Source: an uncultured delta proteobacterium
GTDB taxonomy: Bacteria > Desulfobacterota > Binatia > Binatales > Binataceae
DNA length: 64,000 nucleotides
Direction: 5' to 3'
Assembly: GCA_963815255.1 (NCBI GenBank)
Contig: CAWFGH010000005.1
Location: 453,627 to 517,626, forward strand
How positions within the stretch are numbered: the first letter of the stretch is position 1; each line of letters opens with the position of its first letter. The translations under genes were made by a program, and so were the position numbers. Positions 21,498 to 33,214 of this stretch are shown piece by piece. Under the pieces are notes generated by a model. That model saw only the letters and a program-made list of their open reading frames with translations, made no database searches and was not told the origin of the DNA.

Positions 21498-21775
21498 CTG
21501 TGCCCACTATAGACCCGCCCATGAGCTTACGCCGAGACGCGTGGCCGGTTAATCGCGCCTCTGCTCATTGATAATGCCGAGCGCTCCGGATATCCACACC
21601 GCTCGGCGACCCCACGAGGTAACCACAGCGACGATGCGACGAGGCGACCGCGCGGCACGCGTACGAGGCGGCGCCCTTGCTCAGTAGGAATCGGAACGCG
21701 CACTACGGCGCTGGCGATGCCTCTTGAAGAAAATCCTTCCGATCTTCAAATAAGCGGCGCTTGCTGGTTCGTCTG
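20835..21775 (+). repeat. about 0.95-kb direct repeat, copy 1 (contains the 225-aa paralog and its upstream region)
   Basis: Collinear nucleotide similarity with 47810..48765, including the non-coding upstream stretch CATCTGTGCCC(A/G)CTATAGACCCG...GGTTAATCGCGCCTCTGCTCATTGA...GGATATCCACACCGCTCGGCGACCC. Confidence 0.8.
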
Positions 21776-21948
21776 CCCCCGCTGTGGAGGTGAGCATCCA
21801 CCATGCCGAAGATCCACATCCCAACGCCGAAGATCCACAGCCCAACGCGAATAAGCAGGAAGATGGAACCGAGCCCGACTACTCCGCCCGCGCCGGAGAG
21901 CGCGCCGCGCTGTTCGTTCGGCGGCCCGTACTTTGTACAGAAAGCCAT
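21703..21948 (-). CDS. small membrane protein
   Basis: 81-aa ORF with a hydrophobic core and an internal 21-nt tandem duplication (GLWIFGVGMWIFG). Confidence 0.35.
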   Translation of the reverse strand: MAFCTKYGPPNEQRGALSGAGGVVGLGSIFLLIRVGLWIFGVGMWIFGMVDAHLHSGGRRTSKRRLFEDRKDFLQEASPAP

Positions 21949-21997
21949 CTGACAGTTTCTAGTCTTTCGCGCCAGGGTTTGGAGAGGCGGCTTTCAT

Positions 21998-23022
21998 TCA
22001 AATCGGCTGGCGAGGATCGATATTGCTTTCCCTGCGAATCATTCCAATGGAATCCATCCATCCGATCTGTGGCTCATTCCATCGCTGTTGGCCTCGATGG
22101 ATATTCAACGACAGGGTTGCATCCTCGCTATTTTCTCCTGTGAGAAGTAGGTCGAGCCTGATATTGCATTGAGGTTGCGGGAGTAGCTGATTTTGTACGA
22201 TGTCGATAAGGCGATTAGGAAGAACTGAGTCGGCATTTAGTATGCCGAAATGAAACCGTCCGGACCCTGGGTCGGTAAACCAGGCTACATCCAAAAAAGC
22301 GTCAACGCTATGATTAAGATCCTTGGTTGGACTGATTTAGGATTCTCATACGACCACGGCAACAGGAGTGGGTCTTCGAACAGAGGAACATACCGTTCGC
22401 CGTTCAACTGTGAAATTCGTATCAAATAGGCACGGCAGTTCTTGACCACTGGCGAGATCGCGCGCGCGAGTACTCGCACATAGAGCAGCTCGAGGCTGCC
22501 AACAACCGGAGTTAACAACACGAATTTCGGTTGTAGCGGGTCGAACTCTAGTCTCAATCGCGGGGCTAGATGGGCCTCCAAGTCAACAAGCTGTCGGCGT
22601 TCGTAAGCCCAGATGCGATAAACGGTGAATGCGAATGCACATACCGCCAGCGGCACGAAGAACCATCGCACGTTGGGAAATATGTACGCCAGGAATGCAA
22701 ACGGGACGGTCAAAACTCCGGCCATCAACGTGAACCATTCGTGGGCACTGACGCGTACAAATTCACTGATGCTCGGTGGACGGTGCTGGACCATAGTCAT
22801 AGTGCTCGCGAAACTGTACAGCATCGTGAGGCTATCATTGACCGCATAGTCTATGCTCTTGAGCGAGCGGCAACGATAGGCAATAGGATGGTTGCGAGCG
22901 ATGGGCGCGAACAAGACCTTCCAGCAGAAAGGTGACAGGGGCCGGGTGCTCGGCGAGTCCAACGAGTTCCGCAAGCTGCGCCGCCCCATCCAAAAGGCGC
23001 ACGACGATCGAGACGGAGCCAT
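21998..23022 (-). CDS. membrane protein, probable frame break near 22290
   Basis: ORF 22285..23022 has two hydrophobic helices (WFTLMAGVLTVPFAFLAYIF, FFVPLAVCAFAFTVYRIW). ORF 21998..22294 follows directly in another frame. The start is probably an internal Met. Confidence 0.4.
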
Positions 23023-23162
23023 GCGCGATGTCTGCCGCCTCTACGGCGTAAAGGCGATCGAAGCGCTGCCAGGCGCGATCCGGGCGGCGACGTTGGCGCT
23101 TCTTGGCCCGCAGGCCTAAGAGTTCCACACGATAGAACGCATGGCTCGGCTATGAGGTAAAC

Positions 23163-23330
23163 GGCGAGGCGTCGAGCGCAGGGTCAGGTTGCTTCGCGCT
23201 CAGTGGATCGGTAGCGTCGAAGCCGCCGGGCCGGGGAGCGATCTATCGAGCGGATCGAAAAAGCGGGGCCGCTATGAACGCGATTCCGCTTCGAGGCGTC
23301 CAGCGCATCACGCAACGCGGATGACGCTAA
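23163..23330 (+). repeat. repeat module R3 (tail-type), long copy
   Basis: GGCGAGGCGTCGAGCGCAGGGTCAGGTTGCTTCGCGCTCAGTGG...GCGGGGCCGCTATGAACGCG...CCGCTTCGAGGCGTCCAGCGCATCACGCAA aligns with 41368..41505. Confidence 0.75.
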
Positions 23331-24078
23331 TGTGATCGTTCCCTTCCCGTTGGTTCTGCTCCACACTGAAAGAAGCCGGTTCCCCCTGCGCCTGGCGCGA
23401 GGCTCTTAAGACCGCTGACCGTCCGCAGGGTTTCAACCTTATCCACAGCATCAAACTGCTTCGCGCAGAAGGCGTGTCGCCCTGATGCGCGCTGATGCGT
23501 CCACAGCCGATCTGTGGATTTACGCCATCCGCGCCGTTTGAACTCACCCGGCGGAGATCAAATCATCGGCATTGGCCGGAAACTCGCCGCAGGGAGAAAG
23601 ACCTATGTCCGCACCCGTCTGGCTTCATGGGCTTACGGGCGAGCGCCTACACTGTTTCCGTGTCGAACGCCAAGGCGCGGACATCGCGCTTAGTAGCGAC
23701 ATCGCGTTGTGCGGCGCTGGGGTTGCTAAGTACGGTCTCGGCTATCGCGGTAGCGCCGACTGGAAAAAACGCGAAGCTCGCCTCCTTGCGCGCGGTGTGC
23801 GCACGTGTCGGTATTGCGCGAATTGCTTGGAACTGGATAGACCCGTCGCGACGTCCGTTCGCGGCCAGGGGGAGGCGGACCGTCACAGTGCGCAAAAAGC
23901 GACCCGGCGAAGTCCCGGAGCCTAAGAAAACCGATGCCACCGAAGCGAAAGTTTCCTAAACCGAAGTGGAAGCGCGGGCTGCGCCAACAGCGCGGTTGTC
24001 GTGTGCGCGTCAAAGGCCGTGCTCCGCTGTGCGAGAAGCACTTAGCCGGGCGGAAGGACGAGCCCAAAGTCGGCGGGA

Positions 24079-24456
24079 ATGAAGCTGACGCATGAGCAAC
24101 GGCAGGTATTTCGGATGCTCGCCAACGCGCGACGGCCGAGCGGTCGCCAGGGCGAGGCGGGCCCACTACTGCTGAGCGACCGTGCCCGCAAGCTCGCGTT
24201 CCGACTCGCCGGAATAGGGGAGGACGGGACCGGGCCGCTCACTTGGCCGGCGAAGGAGCGGAGACACCTGACGACCAAGGAGTGCGGCGCCGGGCTCTCG
24301 GTGTTGAAGTCGCAACACGCGCTGCGCTGGTCCAAGAAGTGGAGTTATGGAGACCCAGAAGCCAAGTTTGTGATAGCCGACCTGATGGCCAGGCTGGAGC
24401 AAGGGCGCGCGCGGGTAGAAGGTAGTCCCGACCCCCCACCGCGCTCAACATCGTGA
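24079..24456 (+). CDS. hypothetical protein
   Basis: 125-aa ORF in a plus-strand run of small ORFs. Confidence 0.35.
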   Translation: MKLTHEQRQVFRMLANARRPSGRQGEAGPLLLSDRARKLAFRLAGIGEDGTGPLTWPAKERRHLTTKECGAGLSVLKSQHALRWSKKWSYGDPEAKFVIADLMARLEQGRARVEGSPDPPPRSTS

Positions 24457-24597
24457 AGGAACGGATCGAGGCGGAACTGGAGAAACAGGCGGCAAGATTT
24501 AGTGAGGCGAGAACAAGGACCTCAAGCCCCGATGCTAAAAAGCAGAGCAAGCTTCTGCTCGGCTTGTTGGTTCTACCCGAAGGAAGGAAACACGACA

Positions 24598-25008
24598 ATG
24601 GACGATGACGCCCGCAAACAGAAGGCGCGCAAGCTGGCCGACGAGGCCGCGCGCGCCGAAGCCCACGAAGACGGTGCCTTCGCCGCCGAAGTGGTCCGGC
24701 GAGAACACGGCGATGACTTCGAGGGCGCGCGAGATCCTGCCCAGCGCGCCTATGACGCGGCCTGGATCGCCGCCTACGCCGAGTGCCGAGAAGATTTCGA
24801 GGCCCTCATGCTGGCGCTGCTAAACGCCTACGACGGCGAGAAGCATCCCGCGTCAGTCACGGCCGCGATGCTCGCCGATGCCGTGCTGGTCGAGCGCGAC
24901 CCGGAGCACAAGGCTCACCCTGACATAGTCGCCGGCGCGCGCCGGACCCTTATCCAACTGGCGGAGAAGATCCTCGAGACCTTCCCGGCTGCCCACGAGC
25001 CGAACTAA
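24598..25008 (+). CDS. hypothetical acidic helical protein
   Basis: Met preceded by GAAGGAAGGAA. 136 aa beginning MDDDARKQKARKLADEAARAE. Confidence 0.45.
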   Translation: MDDDARKQKARKLADEAARAEAHEDGAFAAEVVRREHGDDFEGARDPAQRAYDAAWIAAYAECREDFEALMLALLNAYDGEKHPASVTAAMLADAVLVERDPEHKAHPDIVAGARRTLIQLAEKILETFPAAHEPN

Positions 25009-25210
25009 CCCCGGCGACCCAAAGGCGCTGCCTTGACGCTCCTGGCTCGACGCCGATGATCCCCGTCAGGACCGGAGGGAAGGCGAGGTTCTCCCCCCAA
25101 TGTCTTTCTCGCGGAGGTTTAGATGCGCAGGCCGCGGCCGAGCGCTATGAGTCTCGCCCTCTGGTCCGAATGCAATGAAGCGCGTCTAGCCAGCCGCACG
25201 CCACGCCGTA

Positions 25211-25284
25211 CCGGACTTCTTGAACAAAAATTTTGTGGAGATCGGTTTTTGATCCGCGGGGAAGTCGGATCGCGTGGATCAGCC
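25211..25284 (+). repeat. repeat with family-1 head, subfamily 2
   Basis: CCGGACTTCTTGAACAAAAATTTTGTGGAGATCGGTTTTTGATCCGCGGGGAAGTCGGATCGCGTGGATC. Confidence 0.75.
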
Positions 25285-25302
25285 AACTTGGCCGTTCGGA
25301 GT

Positions 25303-25371
25303 AACTCAGCCAAGGAGTGCGACGACACGTTGATCGTTGGCGCTCAGTCGCGGGGTCACTCGGTTGCTCAG
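25303..25371 (+). repeat. repeat module R4 (copy 1 of 2)
   Basis: AACTCAGCCAAGGAGTGCGACGACACGTTGATCGTTGGCGCTCAGTCGCGGGGTCACTCGGTTGCTCAG. Confidence 0.75.
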
Positions 25372-25594
25372 CTCCTCAGCAACTAGGCCCTCCGAGCCGC
25401 CGGTCATCTGCGACCTCGCCAAGATGCTTCGAGGAAGTACGCGCGAGCTAAGGAATTGCTCGACGGATCCCCGATCCTCAGGCTATTGTGCAAGGCGCCT
25501 CAGTGGCTCAGTGACTGAGGCAAGTCTGGCGAGCCAATCTCACTGACGACGCGACCGGGCGGCGGCGTCTCTGCGCGCTCGGCCTCTCGATGGC

Positions 25595-25660
25595 CCCGTA
25601 CTTTTTGACTCCAAATTTGGCGGCGACGGCTTTTGATTCAGCGATTTTTCAATCTGTGTA
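25595..25660 (+). repeat. repeat with family-1 head, subfamily 3
   Basis: CCCGTACTTTTTGACTCCAAATTTGGCGGCGACGGCTTTTGATTCAGCGATTTTTCAATC aligns with 36399..36465. Confidence 0.7.
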
Positions 25661-25697
25661 ATTGGAACCTACCGCTTTCGATGCCTCGCAGCCTCGG

Positions 25698-26165
25698 TCA
25701 TTGCTTCGCGGGAGGCGGCGGCAAGCCGATTGACGCGTGATCGACCACGTAGCGCCACTTGCCATTGGACCTGTGCAGCAGTTCAGTGGTTCGCACGCGC
25801 GCAGTCATTGGCTTGCCGTCAGGGCCGGGCATCGTGTCGTCCCACATCCCGACGTTGATGATGTAGTCCTTTCCGATTGCATTTGAATCGGAGCTGACCT
25901 GCTTCAGTGATGATTTCGCGGCGCTTGAGCATTCTGTTTTGATCACCTTTGCGATTGCCGCCTTGCCGTTCGCAACCTCGCCTTCGCCAGGCCAAATGAG
26001 GATCGCGTTATCTTCGTACAGTTCGAGCGCCGCAGGAACGTCGCACGAGTTGAAGGCCTTTGCGAAGGCGTCCGAATGAGCTTTGACAGCTGCGGCCGGA
26101 TCGGCCATTGCCGACCGAGCACACATCAGAATTGTCACCAAGCAAATTATCACGCGTTTCACCAT
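25698..26165 (-). CDS. secreted NTF2-like (SnoaL/DUF4440-type) protein
   Basis: 155 aa with signal peptide MVKRVIICLVTILMCARSAMA. The sequence pattern is typical of small NTF2-fold proteins. Confidence 0.6.
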   Translation of the reverse strand: MVKRVIICLVTILMCARSAMADPAAAVKAHSDAFAKAFNSCDVPAALELYEDNAILIWPGEGEVANGKAAIAKVIKTECSSAAKSSLKQVSSDSNAIGKDYIINVGMWDDTMPGPDGKPMTARVRTTELLHRSNGKWRYVVDHASIGLPPPPAKQ

Positions 26166-26291
26166 TTGGAGAGCCTCCTTTTCGTCGTCGGCAGGCGTGC
26201 TGTACGCGTACGAAGTTTGTTAGCGTAATTTTTGACCGCCGCCAATAGAGTTGTGCCTGAAGCGACCGGGACTGCCGGTGGTCTAGTTGTT

Positions 26292-26632
26292 CCGGACTTT
26301 TTGACAGAAATTTCGCGAGCGGGTAGCCACCTGTTTCCGCGCAGATCCAACCAGACTTCGACCCCCATACCCCCGCGTCGTCAAGACACGTCCCAGGGCC
26401 TCGACGCAACCGAGTGCGGGCAGCGCGGGTCGGGCGGCCTTGGCAGCCGCGCCATTGCGCCACCGCGCCGCCCCGGGTCGGAGCGCCGAATCTTGGGTCT
26501 CTGGATGCAAACGCACGCGTGATACCCGAGCAGGCGAGGTCGCGCCCGGGCGGCGTGACTGGGGTGAGTGGGTTACGGGGTTGCGGCGAGGCGTTGAGCG
26601 CAGGGACGGGTTGCTTCGCTGCTCAGTCGCTT
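26292..26632 (+). repeat. dispersed repeat family 1, long copy B (head plus tail)
   Basis: Head CCGGACTTTTTGACAGAAATTTCGCGAGCGG, then ACCCCCATACCCCC, and tail GGCGAGGCGTTGAGCGCAGGGACGGGTTGCTTCGCTGCTCAGTCGC. Confidence 0.8.
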
Positions 26633-27175
26633 AGGGCGCCGCTGGCCCGAGCAGTTGGGTGACCATCGACTTCGTGGGCTTCGCGATAGTCAGAATGGGA
26701 TAAAACTCGGTGGATGTGGGTCTTCGTCGGAATCGCGATACTGTTCAACCCGATTCTTCCCATCTATCTGAAAAGAGACGCCTTTTCGACCAATTTGGCA
26801 GCATGATCCAGCACGCCTGGATCTTTATCAAATTGCCAGAGGTAGCCTACAAAATACGAAAGGGTCAATGATCTATAGGCGTCAGCATAACTAGGGTCTA
26901 GCTCCTCACCATTGCCTCGTAGCAAGCCAACCTGCCCTCGATCGTCACTGCCTTTTTTGGAAAGACCACGCCGATGAGAAACGCCGACCCGGAGTGCCGC
27001 TGGCATCACTCGCACTGGCATAATCCAATGGCGGTAGGCTCGCCTTCGTATCGCAGCGGACCGCCCCACAAAGGCAACAGCCTGCTCCGCCTCTCGTCGC
27101 TTCCGCCATGGTTCCTCCGCGGCGTCGCGTGGGATTTCAATCGGCACCTAGCAGGCAAAGCCGATCTGACGCGGC

Positions 27176-28292
27176 TCAGTTAAGACCATAACAGCGCGCA
27201 GCATTGCCTCCCATCACTTTTTCTCGACCCGTTGGCGTCAACGGCGCGCAGTGTTCATGCAGTTCCGCGACCGCGCCAGGAAAGACGCAGTCATAATGCG
27301 GATAGTCCGAGGCCCACATAAGGTAGTCCTCGATTCCCAGAGTGGCAGCCGCCTTCAAGGAAATATCGTCGGGTTCGCAAGAGCAAAAACATTGTCGACG
27401 GAAGTACTCGCTCGGCGGAAGCTTCGTCTTCAGGAACCATATGGCCGATCTTGGCAAAGAACTCATCCATCCGCGCGAGCCAAAAGGGAACCCAAAGCCC
27501 GCCCGCTTCGAGAAACGCCACGCGCAGACGCGGAAAGCGGTCGAGCACGCCGCCGCAAATCAGGTTCATGCAGGCCATCTGCTGTTCGAGCGGATGGGAA
27601 ATGATCATGCGCTGAAAGAAGTCGCGGTAGCGATCAAATCCTGCCGTCGGCATATCGCCCATCACCGCAGCGTGCAGCGCAATTGTACAGTCGAGCTCCT
27701 GCGCTGCCGCCCAGAACCGATCGTACGCCGGATCGCTGAGCAACCGATCGTTATAGGGATTCGAACGCACCAGCACGGCGTGGACCCCGTGCTCCTTGGT
27801 CACCCGGCGCATCTCTGCAACTGCGAGGTCGACGTCGACCAGCGGGACCGGCGCAACGTTGAGCAGGCGAGCTGGCGCGACTCTGCAGAAGTCCGCCATC
27901 CAGTTGTTGTAGGCGCGGCACCCGGCCTCTGACACCGCCGGATCCTTTAGACCGACAAACATCAGCCCCATTGAGGGAAACAGTACAGAGACGTCGATCC
28001 CCTCCGCATCCATGTCTTTGAGTCGCGCATGCGGATCGAAGCTGCCAGGACGCAGATCCTCCCATGTTAGTTTGCTCATCGACTCCGCTGAGGTGAGCCC
28101 GCCCGGAATGCACATTGCGGCAGGCGAATAGACGCCGGCTGCGAGGACTCTGCTGCCGAGCGCGATACGATCGATCCCATGTTCATCTTTTATGATGCGG
28201 GGGAGCTGATCGCGAAACTTGGCTTCGACGTAGTCGTTCCAGAACGTGCGCGGTTCAACGATATGCCCGTCTGCGTCGATTATCTTCGCCAT
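27176..28292 (-). CDS. amidohydrolase-2 family metal-dependent hydrolase, apparent frameshift near 27460
   Basis: IIDADGHIVEP start motif and DAEGIDVSVLFPS. The expected C-terminus (ASDYPHYDCVFPGAV...MGGNAARCYGL) lies in ORF 27176..27466 in another frame. Confidence 0.8.
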
Positions 28293-28517
28293 GTTCAGAT
28301 CTCCAAATTCTTAATGTCGCCTACTCCTTGAGACTGTGCACTCGCCTGTCCGGGTTGGACGGAAGAGTAACTCTGGCGATGTTTACGCTCTCACCGACGC
28401 GCGTTTAAGTCAAAACTGCTCTATTTGGGTTGCGCGAATCATTGGCTGGGATAAGTTCTTTCGACCCAATTATTGCGACGGCGATCGCGCGAATCCTAAG
28501 ATACAAATTATCCGAGT

Positions 28518-29441
28518 TTAATCCTCGTTTCGTTCCTTCGCGGGTTCGAAGCCAGGAACCGTGCCGTAGATGCTGTCCAAGGTCGCGATCCATGTCTTAT
28601 CGAACAACGGGTCCGCTGGCACACGAAAATCAATTTTTCGTTTGCGCAGGTCGGCGATAAAAATGCTCATCACCCGATCAAGGCTTAGTAATTCGGAACT
28701 AGCTTCGCCTTCGAGCTCGGCTTTCCAGACGAGGGAGAGACGTACCGCGCTAAACGGATAAGTCGCTCGAATCTCGCCGTTCACTACGATCGCCCAGATG
28801 TCATCACCCATAGCGCGGAGCTCGGCCGCGGCTGTGATTTGTGGAAGCTTTGCCTCGGGCGTGCCCACCCTACCGATGCGATGATACATACGGTCGTTAT
28901 CGGCCATGATCGCAACATTGTGGAACGGCGGTCGCTCGGTGAGCATTGGTCCATCAAGCCCTTCGGGCCAGTATTCAAAGTTGCCACCCCGTCCGTCGTA
29001 GAACCAGGAAACTGCGCCCGCCTGGATGACACGCCAGCTCTCAAAAAGCTCGGACCGACCCATGGCGACCAGCCATGCGATGGGATAATGCTCGCGCGTC
29101 ACGCCGCGAAAGGTCGGGACGTCAACGTGCGTCGGACCGGCGGGCATCGGCGCATTCAAGTTCACGACGACGAGCTTGGGACGGATACTTGAGCTACCAA
29201 ATAGCGCGCGCGCCGCGTTAAGGAACCGCTGGTTGTGCAGAATTGCTTCCGCACCTGCTACCAGCGGCTCACCGCCCACCGCCCAGTTGCCGCGAAAATA
29301 AGGGAGAACCGGTTGCCCAGGTGTCGCTGGAATGTACTCGACTATGGTGCGGTATGGTGCATGGCGTGCGAAGAGCTCCCTGACAGCATCCGGGTCGTCG
29401 AACGCCGGTTCGATGCGAATCAATTTGGCGAGGTTCTGCAT
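28518..29441 (-). CDS. hypothetical protein
   Basis: Long clean 307-aa ORF. No motif recognised. Confidence 0.55.
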   Translation of the reverse strand: MQNLAKLIRIEPAFDDPDAVRELFARHAPYRTIVEYIPATPGQPVLPYFRGNWAVGGEPLVAGAEAILHNQRFLNAARALFGSSSIRPKLVVVNLNAPMPAGPTHVDVPTFRGVTREHYPIAWLVAMGRSELFESWRVIQAGAVSWFYDGRGGNFEYWPEGLDGPMLTERPPFHNVAIMADNDRMYHRIGRVGTPEAKLPQITAAAELRAMGDDIWAIVVNGEIRATYPFSAVRLSLVWKAELEGEASSELLSLDRVMSIFIADLRKRKIDFRVPADPLFDKTWIATLDSIYGTVPGFEPAKERNED

Positions 29442-29494
29442 ATCAGTTTCGCCCCCCGATCCTCGAAATCCTTTTGAAGCAGCTTCCTCTTTGA

Positions 29495-29935
29495 TTAGTG
29501 CGCAGATCCGGACTTACGCGGGAAGCCTCTCACATTCACGAAGCGGCCGTGGTGCTGCGCGATTAAGCTGTCGATGATCTTGCGGTGAGCAGTGAGGGTA
29601 ACGAGGGTCGCCTTCCTCATCTCCCCCCATGAGGCGGCTGAAGCCGTGGGCGTCGGCGCAAAGGATAGCGGTGAGCTTGCGTTCCACACCCACCTGTCAT
29701 TGCATCATCCTGTCGGGTGGAATGATTGTCAAATAAGCGTCGGGGCAGAGACGCGCGCCCGAAGAATACGAGTCACCCGCGCAGAAAACGCATTTACCTG
29801 TCCAATTCATCGAGCAGCGCCTTGGCGTCTTTCAGGTCGGCGGTGTCGAAGCCCTCGGTGAACCAGCCGTAGATGTCGGCGAGCATCGTGCGCGCCTCGT
29901 CGTTGTGGCCCTCCTTACCATCAGCCACGCCAGAA
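29495..29935 (-). pseudogene. fragments of a further cyclase/STAND/TPR paralog
   Basis: My minus-strand translation of 29794-29935 reads [42 protein letters not shown]-stop, nearly the same C-terminus as the pseudogene ending at 18941. ORF 29495..29689 contains LTAHRKIIDSLIAQHHGRFV, which is cyclase-domain-like. Confidence 0.5.
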
Positions 29936-29960
29936 ATGTTCCGTCGTTGTGCAAAACGCG

Positions 29961-32900
29961 TTACGGTTTCAGGTCAGCATCCTCCTCCAGACGCCTCATG
30001 AAGCTTTGGAACTCAACGCGGCTGCGCAAAGAGTCAAATTGTGGGTCGTTCTTGATGATCTTCAAGAGCCACGGCCTAGCTCTCGGCACTTGCGAAAATA
30101 TGTACTCGAGCTGTTCCAGCGCGGCATCAACCTCACCGATGACCGCATACGTGCAGGCTGCATTATAACGGACGGTGTGATTGCTGGGTTCCAGTGAGAC
30201 TGCACGTCTGGCCCATTCCATGGCACGTGCGTTCTCACCCTGGTAGACCAAAGTTGCCGCACCAACACCCAGGACTTCAGGCGCATCAGGTCGCTGTTTC
30301 AGAGTTGACTCTATGCGAATTAGAGAGCGACGAGCAGTCTGCCTGCTCAGCTCAGCGCGACCTTGCAACTCGTATACATTGGCGAGCAGCGTCAGAGACG
30401 CAAAATCGTCGGACCGAAGTTCCGCGGCACGTTCTAACAAAGATGCGGCGCGGTCGAAATCGCCCCGGTTTCGGCAATTGATGCCAGAGAAGAAATGCGC
30501 GTCGAACAGCAGTGGATCTAGTTTGATGGCGCGCTCGAATGCGGCCTCCGCTTCGTCGGCACGGCCGCCCACAAAAAGGGCGATTCCTCGGGTAGAGTGA
30601 GCTTCGGCCATGTCCGGCGCCAGCCCAAGAGCCTTGCTGCTGATGGCGAGCAGGTCCGTGTACGAGATTGCGGAGTCTCCGTTGATCCAGAGGAAGGCGT
30701 CGCAATCTGCCAGGCCGGTGTAGGCCCTCGCATACGTCGGGTCGATCTCCACAGCTTTGGTGAACAGTTCGCGCGCCGCTTTCATCGTAGAGGTGCTGCC
30801 CCAGCTTTCGAAGAACTTCGATCGGCCCTTGATGTAGTATTCATAGCCCCTTAGTTCCGATTCGCGACGGTCGCGTTCGGGTGATTTCGGCGACAGGCTG
30901 AGTAGCGCCAAAGCCTGTTGGTAACTTTCTAACGCTTCCATAAACGCGTAGCGCGTCTCCGCTGCCTTGCCCGCCCTCGACCATTCAACAATCGCTCGCT
31001 CAGTCTCGCCCGCTTCGGTCCAGTGGCGCGCGAGGATCTCGGGACGGGATTCTTTAAGAGCGGCGAATTTTTCCTCGATGGTAGATGCTACTAGCCGATG
31101 AAGCTCTTTACGGCGGCTTTTGAGCAGGGCTTCGTAAGCCGCGTCTCGGATGAGCGCGTGTTTGAACAGGTAGTTAGCCTCCGAAGCGCTGCCACGCACG
31201 TAGAGCATCTCTGCGTCGGCCAGATTGCGGAGCGCGCGCTCCAGGTCGTCTTCGGCGATTGGATGGATCGCATGCAGCAACTCGTACGAAAATTCACTGC
31301 CTATGACGGCGCCGAGTTGCGCGACCTCCTTGGCCGGCCCCATTCGATCCAGCCGCGCCATCAACGAGTCGTGTAGCGTCACCGGGATTTCGAGTCGGGT
31401 TAGCTTGGGATTGTCACTCTCGAGCACCGCCCGCGTCAGCTCCTCGATGAAGAGCGGCACCCCGCCGCTACGTTCGACCAGCAACTCTAGTGTCTCCTGA
31501 GGCAACACCCTTTGCGCTGCTACCTGCGCAATCAATTTCCTGGCGTTGCGCCGTCTCAGCCGGTTGAGCGTGATTTGGGTATGGTGAGCGCGGGTTGGCC
31601 ATGGAACCCGGAACTCGGGTCGCGCGGTTGTTAGCAGGAGCAACCGCGCGGTCGCCACTTGCTCGACTAGAACTTGAAGCATCTCTATGGTCGACGGGTC
31701 AGCCCAATGCAAATCCTCGATCGCGAGTACTAGAGGCTGCACTCGGGCATGGCCTACGGCCCACTCGACCAGCGTCGCCAGCAGGCGACGGCGCTGTTGC
31801 TCGGGTGAGAGCCGCAATGATGGATATTTCGCGGGCGGCGGCAGACCCAAGAGAGAAGCAAAGAGCGGCAGAGCTTCTGAGAGGTTGAGTCCGGCCAGCT
31901 TCAGCCTGGGCTCCAGTTGCACGAGTGGGTGCTCTGCAGAGCCCTCGCCGCGCCCCGCAATAATGTTGCGAACATTTTCCACGAAGGGATAAAAAGGCGT
32001 GTTCTGGAACAATGGCGCGGTTGCCGTGTCCACCCAAGTGTGTCGTTCGGCTGCGATCTGTTCATGGAACCGTCGCACTAGTCGAGATTTGCCAATCCCA
32101 GCTTCGCCGACGATTACTACCACTTGACCTTCGCCATCGAGAACACGTTCCCAACGATTCATCAGCAGGCTCAGCTCATCCTCGCGGCCGACGAACGGAG
32201 TGAGTCCGCGCGCCGCTGCGGCAGCTTCGAGCCTTCCGTGCACTCCGCTGGGTTGAATAACGCGGTACAGTCTTACCGACCGATCGACGCCCTTGAGCGC
32301 TGGGCTGCCGCGATCTTCGAGCACGAAGTGGCCCGAGACAAGTAGATGCGATGCATCGGTGATCAGCACGGTGCCCGCTTCCGCCACCGCCTGCACGCGC
32401 GCGGCGATATTGGGAGTGCCGCCGAACACGTCTGCCTCCTTTCCCGCACCGGCGCCAATCACGACCGCGCCTGAATCGATACCGACCCGCGCGGCGAGCC
32501 TGGGCCGTTCCGGTTGCTCGTTGAGTTTGGATATAGCGTCGAGAATCGCAAGGCCAGCATGCACGGCACACTCGGCATCGTTGTCATGCGCCGCGGGATA
32601 GCCGAAGTATGCCATCACGCCGTCGCCGAGATACTGCGCAACGCTTCCGCCGAAGCGCTCGATGGCCTCGGCCGCCGCACGATGGTAGCCGCGGACGACT
32701 TCCCGCCACTCCTCAGGATCGAGCTGGCTGGCTATCTCGGTCGAGCCGACAAGATCGCAGAACAGTACCGTGAGATGCCGCCGCGCGCCTTCGAGTCTTT
32801 GGCGTGGGTCTTCTTGCTCAACGGTGCTGAGTGCGGCTTCGTGCTCGCCTGATCCAACAGTAGCCGTGGGTTGCGAGAGAGGGGCACCGCAGTCACCACA

Positions 32901-33023
32901 GAATCTTTCGCCCGGCTCGCTCGATGCACCACAGGAAGGACACGCCAGCTTCAGCGCCTGGCCGCACTGGACACAGAACTTCCGCCCCTCACGATTGTCG
33001 CTCCCGCACTTGGAACAGCGCAT
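29961..33023 (-). CDS. double zinc-ribbon / class III adenylate-guanylate cyclase / AAA (STAND) ATPase / TPR protein
   Basis: Intact 1020-aa ORF with [67 protein letters not shown] and C-terminal TPR repeats. Confidence 0.9.
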   Translation of the reverse strand: MRCSKCGSDNREGRKFCVQCGQALKLACPSCGASSEPGERFCGDCGAPLSQPTATVGSGEHEAALSTVEQEDPRQRLEGARRHLTVLFCDLVGSTEIASQLDPEEWREVVRGYHRAAAEAIERFGGSVAQYLGDGVMAYFGYPAAHDNDAECAVHAGLAILDAISKLNEQPERPRLAARVGIDSGAVVIGAGAGKEADVFGGTPNIAARVQAVAEAGTVLITDASHLLVSGHFVLEDRGSPALKGVDRSVRLYRVIQPSGVHGRLEAAAAARGLTPFVGREDELSLLMNRWERVLDGEGQVVVIVGEAGIGKSRLVRRFHEQIAAERHTWVDTATAPLFQNTPFYPFVENVRNIIAGRGEGSAEHPLVQLEPRLKLAGLNLSEALPLFASLLGLPPPAKYPSLRLSPEQQRRRLLATLVEWAVGHARVQPLVLAIEDLHWADPSTIEMLQVLVEQVATARLLLLTTARPEFRVPWPTRAHHTQITLNRLRRRNARKLIAQVAAQRVLPQETLELLVERSGGVPLFIEELTRAVLESDNPKLTRLEIPVTLHDSLMARLDRMGPAKEVAQLGAVIGSEFSYELLHAIHPIAEDDLERALRNLADAEMLYVRGSASEANYLFKHALIRDAAYEALLKSRRKELHRLVASTIEEKFAALKESRPEILARHWTEAGETERAIVEWSRAGKAAETRYAFMEALESYQQALALLSLSPKSPERDRRESELRGYEYYIKGRSKFFESWGSTSTMKAARELFTKAVEIDPTYARAYTGLADCDAFLWINGDSAISYTDLLAISSKALGLAPDMAEAHSTRGIALFVGGRADEAEAAFERAIKLDPLLFDAHFFSGINCRNRGDFDRAASLLERAAELRSDDFASLTLLANVYELQGRAELSRQTARRSLIRIESTLKQRPDAPEVLGVGAATLVYQGENARAMEWARRAVSLEPSNHTVRYNAACTYAVIGEVDAALEQLEYIFSQVPRARPWLLKIIKNDPQFDSLRSRVEFQSFMRRLEEDADLKP

Positions 33024-33214
33024 TTACTTCCTTCCAGGCTCGGCGAGTCGCCCCTTCATTTATCATCTCAACCCCGGAGGGACCATCCCGCTGTTTCCGG
33101 TGTGACGCCCACAGCCGGACATTGTTGAGGACTTGCTTGTCGGGCCTGGACAAGAGCGCGGCGTTCACCGAGCTGCCCGCTCGGGTGGCGTGAGAGGGCG
33201 AGGTTGCGCCGACC

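Noticed and set aside
26300-26335. TTGACA inside the repeat head as a sigma-70 -35 box
   Set aside because: TTGACA is exact only in copy B. No conserved -10-like hexamer follows at 16-18 nt in the other copies.
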